DNA from: Macrostomum lignano
Lineage: Eukaryota
Length of the DNA: 64,000 nt
Assembly: GCA_002269645.1 (NCBI GenBank)
Contig: NIVC01000059.1
Span: forward strand, 186,001 to 250,000
Direction: 5' to 3'
Below the pieces are notes generated by a model. It was not told the origin of the DNA. It did not search any database and saw only the letters and a list, made by a program, of their open reading frames with translations. Both the position numbers and the translations under genes were made by a program. Below, piece by piece: positions 22,001 to 33,574 of the stretch (the stretch's first letter is position 1; each line of letters opens with the position of its first letter).

Positions 22001-22230
22001 CAGCTGGGGGTGGCTTGGCTGCTCAAGATGAGGGCAGCCAAGCTCCACAGCTTCCACATTGAGCCGGAAGCCCCTCGGGCTCCGGGCCGAACCCCCGTCC
22101 TCAATGTCCTCTGGGATGCCATGAGGCGTCGGGAAAGAAACAGGGGATTCCCACTCCAGGGTTAGGCTGGCTAACAGCCTTCCAAACCGGAAGTGACCAC
22201 GCTCTGAAACGCAACTAATAAAACTAAACT
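19100..22230 (+). mobile_element. Jockey-like non-LTR retrotransposon, 5'-truncated within ORF1
   Basis: Short upstream ORF 19113-19298 (probable ORF1 tail), full ORF2 and a 3' UTR with AATAAA near 22218. No TSD identified; ends are approximate. Confidence 0.8.
19385..22165 (+). CDS. LINE ORF2: APE endonuclease plus reverse transcriptase, no RNase H
   Basis: HLNCRG, LFSET, MGDLNA and SDHLP (APE); YRPISL, FLDAEAAFD, QGGILSPLLY, QFADD and KFLGV (RT); C-terminal LQKIQNLALR..LH motif typical of Jockey-like elements; 926 aa with no stop. Confidence 0.95.
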   Translation: MHLNCRGFNPKIRELTQWVVSQELDIALFSETILKSCHTVQIPGYSIIRYDTPQVKRGLLLAHSPRVKLTNVRLQYDNVNHEAISCTVSLSDNSGPDFNLALVYRSPAPYHLNLNLLKNLLSRRRSVLMGDLNARHRFLGGDSSNNMAGYQLHDWLSEGPTSPTILNQAGQFTRLATKNGLISRNVLDLALATEDFLPFVQDFEVGPDLGSDHLPIILTLNIQSKKWAGPPRPKNFSKTNWDEFRLKISEALSSDQNIKLSNADQINAEVDHITKAIHTVIDSTVPDCGAKNALPKYILDLIKECRRLRRLFFSTRDQNFKTQANQLANRIKREISAFQNGKLTKVCESIVENSKNKKVKNFWHDTKKLMGKFKPTSIPSLTLGQTTAHTDLEKANLLAETLDSKMRPVPSTCEQLKREVAEVAQLTSFYPVPEGIEPIETHPLDAAFSVADTVWELEHLRPDGAPGLDKIPNCVLKLGLEGVAITRLTNLFNACYGRGIFPSAWKKAVVTMIPKPDKPPEHPNSYRPISLTSCLGKVFEKLIAKRLTKHLEDNKTLGDDQCAYRKIHSTYDNLCRLAQDVMVAKCKAKKSAAVFLDAEAAFDSTWHDKIRHSMLTDGFPPMLMRILSDYLRDRQIQVRIEGALSDPHTIQAGVPQGGILSPLLYLLFVSSMPTPNISSVKRSQFADDMAVWASADTFAGLRTSLQSYLRRVFDWCGKQGIRLNAGKSKAIAFNYKPTRRMDLRPKLYLGDTEVPYCQEVKFLGVLLDQSLCLNKHVDNMADTSRAIVMSLCRIAKMTKLSSTTLRMLYRAYGESALTYGAPILSQICATNQIKLQKIQNLALRICYGVPSYISIEYLHKLAGMPMLADRVKQLGVAWLLKMRAAKLHSFHIEPEAPRAPGRTPVLNVLWDAMRRRERNRGFPLQG

Positions 22231-23903
22231 TGCTGCCTGAGACAGAGATCGGTTGATCAGTCATTAGGACTGATTAGGTAATCTCTATGTCTCCTCGCGT
22301 TTCTTTTTACAATTTTCCCAACTGTGTTTTTTACCCAACTGCTCTACAAATATCACTAATTGCTTTTTTACACCTTTACTATATTCATTCTATTTTTACA
22401 ACTAAATTCAAATATGCGCTATTGCATTTTTAATCTCTATTTTTTACTTAAATGTCTTGCTTTTACTCTCAATAGGCCTTCAAATATCAAGCACGTATTT
22501 TTTAGATGTCCTGTTTTTATTAGATCCCTTCTTTGTGTGGGATTCCCCTCCCCTCTTTTTTATCCCCAAATGCGTGCAAAATACTGCAAAATATTGAAAA
22601 ATAGTTTTATATATGTACATTTTTATTTCAATATTCGTATAAATATTCAAATCGAAATCTTGTAAATATTTTTAATTCTTTCGATCAAATACAAAATATA
22701 ACTGCGGCAGAGTTCTTCGGAACTGACCCGCGCCGGTTTCGACGGCACCTCGTTTTAACAACAAAGGCGTTTGCCAAGGGTTCTGATTCGCCAAGTCAAT
22801 TTATTTTAGCTTTTCAAAATCGAGAATAAGCAGTTTTGCTTTTACACTACTGATAGTAGTTCACCCTCGGGAAAGTAGTCGAAGTTGTGGGAATTCGAGT
22901 ATTAGCGGGTTCCTCTATTAGTAAAAGGCTGTTTGGCCTCGGGAAAAGCATCCGTTCAGGACCGTCCATCAGGATTAGTAGAGCAACGTAGCCTAGATCG
23001 TAACGACTACTCATACAATTAAGGTAGCTAAAAATCTTCCAGCTTAATCTAAGCCCGGAGTCTCCCGAGCTCAATTAATCAAATTGAATAGAAACCAGTA
23101 AACCAGTAGCCTAAACCGCAGGACATCGCCCATTTCAACTTTTTAAAACAAATTTTCTCTAATTTTTGTTTACATGTATCAATCCTAACTAATAGCAAGT
23201 TTTTGTTTGATTATGACTTCAGATTGAAGAATGCATCGAAAAATATTTCCGGGGAATACAGCGGGTTCAAAATCCGCGAGTTTCAACAGCTTGTAACTAT
23301 ACTATAACTATAGTACGATGCCAAGTTATTGATGTATAGATACTACAGTGGTGGTCCTTGCTTTAAATGCCGTAGAGGACCTTTGGACTGCACATAGCTA
23401 CAGAATTTTTATGTACCATGACTACATGTTTTAAGGTGTTCATTACATGTAGTTCTGATAAAAGCAGAGTACAGCTCGATATAAAAACTTCAAGATCGAA
23501 TTACATGTGACGGTACATGTGTATGCATCAAATAAGAGCTTTCGAAGCGCTGCATGGGACGGATCAGCTTATGTTGTACGAGTACATACACATGTACATG
23601 TGCATTCAACATTGTGGAGAACACATAAATAATCAAAAAAGATTCATTTTACATATAACAGTATAATTATAATATGTATCGACGATATACTTGTAAAATA
23701 TTCACTAGAGCCACAACTATTTATCAATTATAGCTAGCCAAGCTATGAATAACGTTTTTATAATAAATTCGGAATTTACTTTCTAAAAGTGCACATGCTA
23801 CAGCTGGTAAATTTAGTACTGTATTTAGTATATGGATATCTGAATAAAAACTAAAGCGCTGAAAAGATACGCGTAAAATATACTTTGACTGCTCGACCAA
23901 TCA

Positions 23904-26900
23904 TTACACGGGACACTTGTAAACCTTGAAGCAGTGATTTCCTGTGTCAACAACCACCAATTGGTTGGCTTTGGCGCAGTAAGCCAGGCCTTGAGGCCCA
24001 TACAGCTGGTCTCCGGCTGTGTTCACTGACGCCAAAAAGCTGCCTTCGCTGTTGAACACCTGCGGGTCAGTGCACAGTCTTATTTATTTTATTTATTTAT
24101 AAATTGCAATCACGCTACAAGTGGCAAGGCTATTGAAATCTGCTCAGATGTCAGTGGTTCATATGAGGAAGTTCTCCAGACTGATAGGTTTGAGGGGCCT
24201 AATTTCTTAGATGCCAAAGCTTCATGGTAAACTGCTCAGATGAGATGCCAAAGCTTCATGGTAAACTGCTCAGATGAGATGCCAAAGCTTCATGGTAAAC
24301 TGCTCAGATGAGATGCCAAAGCTTCATAGTAAACTGCTCAGATAAGATGCCAAAGCTTCATGGTAAACTGCTCAGATGAGATGCCAAAGCTTCATGGTAA
24401 ACTGCTCAGATGAGATGCCAAAGCTTCATGGTAAACTGCTCAGATGAGATGCCAAAGCTTCATGGTAAACTGCTCAGATGAGATGCCAAAGCTTCATGGT
24501 AAACTGCTCAGATGAGATGCCAAAGCTTCATGGTAAACTGCTCAGGTGAGATGCCAAAGCTTCATAGTAAACTGCTCAGATAAGATGCCAAAGCTTCATG
24601 GTAAACTGCTCAGATGAGATGCCAAAGCTTCATGGTAAACTGCTCAGATGAGATGCCAAAGCTTCATGGTAAACTGCTCAGATGAGATGCCAAAGCTTCA
24701 TGGTAAACTGCTCAGATGAGATGCCAAAGCTTCATGGTAAACTGCTCAGGTGAGATGCCAAAGCTTCATAGTAAACTGCTCAGATAAGATGCCAAAGCTT
24801 CATGGTAAACTGCTCAGATGAGATGCCAAAGCTTCATGGTAAACTGCTCAGATGAGATGCCAAAGCTTCATGGTAAACTGCTCAGATGAGATGCCAAAGC
24901 TTCATGGTAAACTGCTCAGATGAGATGCCAAAGCTTCATGGTAAACTGCTCAGATGAGATGCCAAAGCTTCATGGTAAACTGCTCAGGTGAGATGCCAAA
25001 GCTTCATGGTAAACTGCTCAGATGAGATGCCAAAGCTTCATGGTAAACTGCTCAGATGAGATGCCAAAGCTTCATGGTAAACTGCTCAGATGAGATGCCA
25101 AGGCTTCAGGTAAACTGCTAAGATATTCTACAAGACTTGATGCTGAACTGCTCAGTTGCTGAGACTTGATGCTGAACTGCTCAGATGCTAAGAATTGATG
25201 TTAAAGCAAGGCACGTGTAGGAGGTTCTCCTACGAGCAATAAAAACGTAATACGACTTTTTGGTAGTGAAAGTCTTATTGCAATGCTTGAACTTCATGCT
25301 TCATCCCCAAAGGAGCTAGTTTGTAAGGTAAACTCATTCAACCTCTATAGCCTCTATTACAGCAAATTTACCTGGATAGACGAGCTGCCCCAGTCCGCCA
25401 CCATGATGTTGTCCTGCAGGTCCACAGCCACCCCAGTCGGCGCGTTTAACCTGCCGGCCTCGCTGCCCGCGCAGCCGATGCAAAACTGAAATTGGCCCTG
25501 ACTGTCGAAAATCTTTACGCAATGATTGTGAAAATCCGACACGATCATCTGGTCCTTGGAGTTGATGGCGACGTAGTGCGGACCAGCGAATTGGTCGTCG
25601 CCGGTGCCGCGGCTGCCGAACTTGTGCACCAGCTTGCCGGTGTGCTTGAACAGCAGCACGCTGCAGGCTTTGTTGTCGACAACGGCAATGCGACCGTCTG
25701 ATAGCACCGCGATGCCTTTTGGACCCGCGAGCCGGTTGCCGCCAAACTTTGACAAGTATTTACCGTCCGGACTGAACACGTGGATGCAGCGACTGTCGAA
25801 GTCGCTAACCAAGTAACTGCCCGTGGCTGTCTCGGCCACGCCAATCGGCCTCTGAACCTGGCCGGGGTCGCGGCCGCGCAAGCCGAAACGGGCAAGAAAT
25901 TCCCCTCCAGAGCCGAACACCTGCACGTTGGCGTTGTTTGAATCGGCAACGACTATGCGACCCTCTCGTGTGACGCACAGGCCCTGCGGATTGTTGAATT
26001 CTCCGTGGCCGCGACCGCGACTGCCAACCTTCTGCACCATGTCGTCTTCAACCTGGAGTTTTGAGATGAGTATTGGCTTAACTCATTCGATAAAGCCTAA
26101 TGTTTTTAACCGTCACTTGTCGCATTTACATGTAGTAGTAACATTAAGACAATCATCACCTTGAGCACTCTCTTTAATATCAAACAAAAATCATCACCTT
26201 TAACACTCTCCTCAGTATAAAGCAACAATCATGATCTTGTACACTCTCCTCAACATCGAGCAACAACCATCACCTTGAGCACTCTCCTCAACATCAAGCA
26301 ATAATCATCACCTTAAGCACTCTCCTCAACATCGAGCAACAATCATAACTTTGAGCGCACTCCTCAATCTTCGTGTACATTAGTTATCTTGTATGTACTT
26401 TAAGAAAAACCGATAGTCATTAAAAACAACTTAAGACTCGACAGATCAGAGAGAAATAACGAAGCAAGCAAGTTCTCATCTCACCTGAAGACTCTGCCGC
26501 GACGTTCGACTCAATGGTCGCCTATTGGTGCTGCTAAGTTTAGACGAAGACGCGGTGCCAGCGCCGGAACCGCCGCCGCCGGAGCCACCGCCGCCAACAG
26601 CTATCGAGTGAGGCGTGAGGCGACCGGTGCCACCACGTTCTCCTGGTCGGAGGGAGCTTCGTCTCCTGCCCGCAGCTCCGCCGCCAGAGTTTGCGTAGTG
26701 ACCAGAGCCGCCGCCGCCACCACTGGCTCCTCCGTCGGTTCGACTAACCGCCCTCACGGTGAATGGCGAGCCGTGAATGTGCTCGCCCAGCATCTTCACG
26801 CTCAGCTCAAAGGTGCCCTCCTCTTCTAGCTGGAAGCGCACCTTCACTGTGTTTTTATCCTGCATGACGGCGACAAAGTGGGACTTTTCAAATGGCGAGG

Positions 26901-28355
26901 CAAGGCTGGCGACGCAATTTAGAGAGCCGAGGACGCTGGGATCCACTTTGCGGTTTCGATAGTCGCGCGGCACCACCGTCACCTGGTGCTCCTCGCGTAT
27001 AGTGCACGACCGCAGATCGTGCTCGTTTTCCAACGTCGAGTTCAAGGCCTCAACGCTGCCCATGGCAACTAGGCCGGCTCGATGAATATGGCTGAACACC
27101 TGACCAGGAGGGGGGAAGAAAGACGTCAGGTCTCCGAAGCTCCGAACCCATAAGCTCCAAGTTCCACCCTTCTGCGATTATGTACATATAAGAGCTCTGA
27201 GCTAGAAATCCAGATTAGTAGCACTGATATTGAAACTACGCTCGTAGGACACAGAGGAGCGCGTCGGTAAACGCGTCTCACTCTTGCTGCGTGAATCGTT
27301 TCTGATCGCAGCCACACTTAATTACGGGGCTTGTCATGCGACTCAAACCACCGATGAGGGTCAATCCACACTGTGTAATCTGACTATGAGAAATCACACC
27401 ACGCAATATGGTGCACCACATTGTTTTTTTGTCATTCTCCGTCCGGAGGCAGGAAAAAATCGTCAGTTTTTTTAAGGGGTTTTTGCAAGATCTGGCTTCC
27501 TACATGCACACTGCAATAAACTCTAGCTAGATTTTCGAGTCCCTGGGGTGCAAGTTGCCAAATCTCATTGATGGAATCTCGTCGGAAGAATCTCGTCGGG
27601 AAAATATCTTCCCGGGAATCTCGTCGGAAGAATCTCGTCGGGAAAATATCTTCCCGGGAATCTCGTCGGAAGAATCTCGTCGGGAAAATATCTTCCCGGG
27701 AATCTCGTCGGAAGAATCTCGTCGAGAAAATATCTTCCCGGGAATCTCGTCGGAGGAATCTCGTCGGGAGAATCTCGTCGGGGAATCTCGTCAGGAAGAA
27801 TCTCACCTGGTCCAAATCGGTTGGATAGTACGAGATCGAGTCGTCCTCGCTCGGATATGCTTTCGGCTTATTCTTTGCTAGCTTGGCGTAGCCTCGAAGT
27901 TCCGCCCGGCCCGTCTTTGGATCCAACCGGCCGTTCATGCCGTCCAGACGCTTCAGCGCGGCCGTCATCTCGTCATCGAAGCCGGCAATCTGAGCTGCCT
28001 CTTTGTGCGCCGCTTCCGTTCGCGCTGTCAACAGTTCGTCCAGAGTCTCGCCTAATCGAGCTTTCCTCGTCCTCAGCACCCGTTCGATCATTTGGAAGCT
28101 GCGCTCGATTTGATCCAACACTTCGCGGCGTTGAACCTCGGCTGCGGCGCGGATTCTGTCGAGCGCGTCGCGACGATTCCGCAGCGCCTCTAGCGAATCG
28201 GCCAGGGCGGCGCGCGACTCAGCGATGGCTTCAGCGTCGCCGACAGTAGCTTCAGACGCCGTGGCATCGTCGGTGCAGGAGCCGGCAACGCTGCTGGTGG
28301 TCTCTTCGAAGCTCGGCTGACTCGTCAAGTCGTCGTGCGTCTGGTCGCGTTCCAT
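23904..28355 (-). CDS. TRIM3: TRIM2/3-like coiled-coil + filamin + NHL-repeat protein (about 667 aa, 4 coding exons)
   Basis: Exons 28355-27807, 27099-26485, 26052-25372 and 24059-23904, all phase-0 GT-AG junctions. NHL repeats (GSRGRGHGEFNNPQG; GTGDDQFAGPHYVAIN) and last exon LYGPQG..VVDTGNHCFKVY match TRIM2/TRIM3; filamin repeat ends GEHIHGSPF. The symbol denotes the TRIM2/3 group. Confidence 0.85.
24210..25125. repeat. 34-bp minisatellite GATGCCAAAGCTTCATGGTAAACTGCTCAGATGA in the last TRIM intron
   Basis: Period of 34 measured (24244 to 24278). Confidence 0.95.
26150..26370. repeat. Degenerate ~36-bp repeat (ATCATCACCTTGAGCACTCTCCTCAACATC...) in a TRIM intron
   Basis: About 6 imperfect copies. 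Confidence 0.75.
27574..27800. repeat. 42-bp minisatellite in the intron after the first TRIM coding exon
   Basis: GAATCTCGTCGGAAGAATCTCGTCGGGAAAATATCTTCCCGG units start right after the donor at 27806. Confidence 0.9.
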
Positions 28356-29354
28356 TTTGACTCTGGAGACAGCTTCTTGCGAGTGGAGCTGATTGTCAGG
28401 GAGATGAGCACAGGTTCTGACTGACTCTATGGAACAGTATCTATAGAGTGTCTGGAGATCTCAGTTGATTGTCTCTAGATTCTTATCTATACATGCAGAG
28501 ATATCTGTAGATATTAGTCTCTAGAGATCCAGGCCGTCTCTATTGTCTGTGTCTATACCTGTGGACTGTCTCTAGACACATGTAGGCCTATAGACTGCCT
28601 CTAGATATGTCAACGGACTGCACGGGTTGCGCTCGTATTTTAACGAAACGACCCAGTGTTGGCTATAATAAGCTCTCCAGGCTTGCATAAACAGGAAGTT
28701 ATTAGCACGATACTAACTCTATAGCCGTCAATATGTTGGCTTAACGCTACAGATTTAGTTCAACAGTTTAAACACAAAGTTTCTAAAAGTAAAGCAAATT
28801 AAATTGGTAGACTTACAATCTAGGAAATATTGTAGAAAATAGCTGAGAAGATATTCAAAGAAACAAACTCAACCTTGATTTCTTTCGGTAAGAAAGTTTT
28901 TAGTCTTATTATTATCAATGCCTTCTCACGCCTCACGGTCAGTTGAATCCCCGTTTCCCTATTGGTTGTCGTCAAAGTTTATTGCGAACTGAGTTGGCCG
29001 TGACTTCTTCAGGCTAAGCCGGCCTTGAGGCTCCAGATGTTTGAGCCATACTCAACAATATTCTGTGCATGTAGTTTGTAAGCATGGCTTGCCTAATTGC
29101 GCTTTTCTGCATTGGAAAAGAAGAGAGAAATTTGCCTATTTATGGTTTCCAGTGGCAATATAAAGTATACATGTATACTGCATATGCCTGTGTGTTGCTC
29201 TCAATCCCCTCAGTTTCATTTTTGGCTATAAAAGTGTTATGACACCGTCCTTTCAAACATGTAACAATCGAAAATACGCAATGAACGTGCAAAAAATTAA
29301 TTAAATGTACGATAAGTACCATGTATTTGTATTTGCAGTTGAGATTTACAGGTT

Positions 29355-30690
29355 GTCTTTGAGATGGATAGACTGTCCTTGAGATGGATAGGTTGAGCTT
29401 GAGATATATAGACTCTCCTTGAGGTGGTTAGACTGTCCTTGGGGTGGTTAGACTGTCCTTGATGTGGATAGACTGTCCTTGATGTGGATAGACTGTCCTT
29501 GGGGTGGACAGACTGTCCTTGATGTGGATAGACTGTCCTTGATGTGGATAGACTGTCCTTGATGTGGACAGACTGTCTTTGAGGTGGATAGACTGTACTT
29601 GATGTGGATAGACTGTCCTTGATGTGGATAGACTGTCCTTGATGTGGATAGACTGTCCTTGATGTGGATAGACTGTCCTTGATGTGGACAGACTGTCTTT
29701 GAGGTGGATAGACTGTCCTTGATGTGGATAGACTGTCCTTGATGTGGATAGACTGTCCTTGATGTGGATAGACTGTCCTTGATGTGGATAGACTGTCCTT
29801 GATGTGGATAGACTGTCCTTGATGTGGATAGACTGTCCTTGATGTGGATAGACTTTCCTTGGGGTGGACAGACTGTCCTTGAGGTGGATAGACTGCCCTT
29901 GATGTGGATAGACTGTCCTTGATGTGGATAGACTGTCCTTGATGTGGATAGACTGCCCTTGATGTGGATAGACTGCCCTTGATGTGGATAGACTGTCCTT
30001 GATGTGGATAGACTGTCCTTGATGTGGATAGACTGTCCTTGATGTGGATAGACTGTCCTTGATGTGGATAGACTGTCCTTGATGTGGATAGACTGTCCTT
30101 GATGTGGATAGACTGTCCTTGGGGTGGACAGACTGTCCTTGATGTGGATAGACTGTCCTTGATGTGGATAGACTGTCCTTGATGTGGATAGACTGTCCTT
30201 GATGTGGATAGACTGTCCTTGATGTGGATAGACTGTCCTTGATGTGGATAGACTGTCCTTGATGTGGATAGACTGTCCTTGATGTGGATAGACTTTCCTT
30301 GGGGTGGACAGACTGTCCTTGAGGTGGATAGACTGCCCTTGATGTGGATAGACCGTCCTTGATGTGGATAGACTGCCCTTGATGTGGATAGACTGCCCTT
30401 GATGTGGATAGACTGTCCTTGATGTGGATAGACTGCCCTTGATGTGGATAGACTGTCTTTGATGTGGATAGACTGTCCTTGATGTGGATAGACTGTCTTT
30501 GATGTGGATAGACTGTCCTTGGGGTGGACAGACTGTCCTTGAGGTGGATAGACTGTCCTTGGGGTGGACAGACTGTCCTTGAGGTGGATAGACTGTCCTT
30601 GAGGTGGATAGACTGTCCTTGATGTGGATAGACTGTCCTTGGGGTGGACAGACTGTCCTTGAGGTGGATAGACTGTCCTTGAGGTGGACA
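29355..30690. repeat. 20-bp minisatellite GATGTGGATAGACTGTCCTT
   Basis: Direct tandem repeats; source of the spurious 480-aa ORF. Confidence 0.97.
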
Positions 30691-31449
30691 TGCTTGTCTT
30701 TAAGTTGTGGACACTCTTAAGGCCTAGGTGGACACACACATTGTTTTAGAAGTTCAGGACACAGGACACACTTTCTTAGAGCCAAGAGGACATACTTGTA
30801 CTTGTACTGTACTAGCATAGAAGTGGATAATATATAATGGATAAGCCTGTCTGGTGGGTACAAAGTCAACTTGCCCTCTGTCTCATCGTATCCAGAATTG
30901 CTTAGATAATAAAAAATTCCTAGCTTCCGCAAAAGGAATTATGCTAATTTGAGGCAAGCGTAAAACTGCAGTCAATTCTGAATTGCTTTTCAAAGCAGAC
31001 TGCAGAGTTGCCGCGCACGTGAAACTTTTTTCAATTTTGTGACGCAAATTCGTATGGAATGAGTGCCGCGCGCACCCGTATGTTGACAGCGCGTGACTTG
31101 CATGACAAAAATCCAATGCTTTATTAATTAGTGAACTTTGATTCGGCCTTATATATATACTTTTATATACATGTAATTTTATCGAATAAAGAATTTATTC
31201 TACATGGGCGTCGCCACGGATTTTATGGTGGGGGGACAAAGCAAAGAATTTATTTTGTGCATGCACATGACTATAAAGTCCTACATGTACTTATTTTATG
31301 AATCGGTTTTGTCCGCGCTCATTTTAGCGCCGCCGGCACTCATTTTGGTGTCACAGGTGCTATATATTTTAAAGGACTTGATACAAATAATTGCTTTCCA
31401 CAACGGGTCAAAACTAAGGTTGAGTGGGGGGGGGGAAGCAGTCATGTTC

Positions 31450-32484
31450 CCTGGCAAAGGTGATCTCGCTCCTCTCAACCATGCAGCCAGCTTGATGTGG
31501 ATCTGGATCGAGCAAATGACTCCTCGCCACTGTTTTGTGCTCCACCCGATATGCCTTGCTCGCCATTACTGTGTAATGCTATTGAAGTTTTTGTTGGTCT
31601 CGGTGTTTTCTCGACCGGTGTCGTCTTGAGGTGGCCTGACAGGTTTTCTAATCCCACCGCTGACACCAATGTTGTTCTCAGGTTGTGCTACCCCAGAGAT
31701 CTGGTGTTGTCTCAAGCTCTCTCTCTAACCAGTAGCCTACTTATCAGTAGCGTTGGTAGTTGCTGCCACCAGTCCCTTCGGGTCTCAGCCTTCGGTGAGG
31801 TGAGGATCCCGTCGGAACGAAATAACAAAGACGAGCGAACAACAGCACTTCAGGCGGATTTGGAATTTCAGCCTCAGAGTAGACTCAGAGGTCTGGGTTT
31901 AGGATGAGAACGGAGTCAGGACAATGGGAGAAATAGGCCAATTGCAAAACTCGTTTACTGCAGGAGAGAGAATAGAGCTAAAGAATCCTTGACAAAAACA
32001 ATGCATGAGGGGGTCCGCATTTATAGGCAGGAAACATATTGCATCATTACGAGCGAGACCCATGGATGAATAATTCATCCATGGCGAGACCCCGATTTCG
32101 TCGACGTCAGATTGCATGACGCTATTGGTATTCTTAGCAACTGACGCTAGGGTTTTGCTTTAGAGAAAGCAAGGGTCCCGGAGCGCGCGATTTCCGCTAT
32201 AAACACGGACCAATTGTGCAGCGAAGAACTCACTGCACTCTGGACTTCCGAGAAAACAGAGCTTGTCATGTGACTGGCTCACATGACAAGGGGAAAGCGG
32301 CCCACCTGTGAAGCCACTACATGTAGTGACTGTTACACAGAGAGCGAACCAAGAGCAGGCCAAGCTGCCCAGCCCTGCAAAACGGAGCATCAGTGGCGGG
32401 GCGGCTCAGAGCGAGGGCGAGGGAAACTGCTGACTAGAGTGAGAGATGTAAGCCAATGCAGTAATCCTATAGTGGCTCACTACA
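31450..32484 (-). mobile_element. Truncated LTR retrotransposon (Gypsy-like): 5' LTR about 32484-31670, PBS 31668-31650, start of the internal region
   Basis: Minus strand reads TGTAG...AACAACA, a 1-nt spacer, then TGGTGTCAGCGGTGGGATT, which is complementary to a tRNA-Leu 3' end. The internal sequence stops near 31450; the 5' LTR boundary is inferred. Confidence 0.65.
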
Positions 32485-33574
32485 CTATATAATAACTTCA
32501 AGACGGACAAATAACCATTCTCTTGCGAGCCTCTAAAGTACTGTATTTATAAAGTAAGCTCGTTGCACTCGTATAGTGTGCATACAAGTATACATGTAAA
32601 TAAATTACTATAATTTTATCACTTTGAATTTGCGCATCCATAGGACACGCGCGTGCATAACCCATGCCAATTTATGGCTGTGCTATATGCAAGTTTCCTT
32701 ACCGGATAAAATGTAGATGTGTAACAACTAAAATGTATATATACTCTCGAATCGTTGACAGAATCTCGTCGACCGAGCACACACAGTTAGGCTGAGTCGT
32801 ATTTTAGCGAGTGCCGACTCAGTGCAGATACTATATGTACTTAAAGGGGATTAAACGGTCTAATCTGGGGGAAAAACAAAAACTTGAAGGCTTGCATAGT
32901 TATCATTTTTGTGTTCTTCTACTCTATATTGTCAGGGAATGACATATGTAGAATAATTGAATAGAATCCTCCTATATACTAAAAATGAAATGTCTGTAAC
33001 TAGCTATGCGATAGATTTCAGAAAAATTGGCTCAACCGATTTTCTTCAAACTTGCACCATTCGATCAGAAATTTTCCTGCGACGGTACATGCATCTTGGC
33101 TAAGAAATTGCTCAATGTTAAAGGGATTAAATATTCGAAAAACATGCTTTTTTGCAAAGGTCAAGCCAAATTTTTGACTTGAAATGCATTGTAAGAATGC
33201 TAGAGAAAAAACTGACTGGCTGAATTACGATTGTGATAAAGATTGCATCACAACAAGTTGAAAACAGTGCCACAGAAACGCACACAAGACTTGATTGAAA
33301 TTGCGTAACCATATTGCTAACTTGAATTGAGACTGATACTGGCTGACTGAGAAATTGATTATGTCATAACTTTCTACCCCAATTGACTTGCTGTAAGAAT
33401 TGAATTATAAGGGCCACAATTCATGTTCTCCAAATGAAAAGAGATAGCCCAGATGCGAACAGACTGGGATGCTAATGTAGTGACCTGGGTTCGAATCTTA
33501 GTAGTGCAAAAAGATTTTTTTAATTAAAACACATTAAAAACACAAAACTGCTACACATAAAAGAAGCACAATGT

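Noticed and set aside
22847-23074. Possible pogo/DDE_1 transposase remnant (LLILMDG...EPANT); a similar hint at 13248-13499
   Set aside because: Resemblance limited to a few residues; needs an HMM search.
24210-25125. CRISPR-like appearance of 34-45-bp repeats (also 41013-42110)
   Set aside because: Units are contiguous with no unique spacers, no cas genes are present, and the context is eukaryotic introns.
27432-27806. Repetitive C-terminus (FPTRFFRRDSREDI) of the 307-aa ORF
   Set aside because: Read-through into an intron; the donor CAG|GTGAGA at 27806 joins in frame to the filamin exon.
28960-29130. Possible 3' fragment of another LINE on the minus strand
   Set aside because: Only a short coding-like tail and an AATAAA-ending UTR; too weak to call.
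29297-30739. 480-aa ORF and other repeat ORFs (15192, 34861, 41xxx, 48xxx, 49890, 53349, 63337)
   Set aside because: All lie in micro- or minisatellites, mostly inside introns of supported genes.
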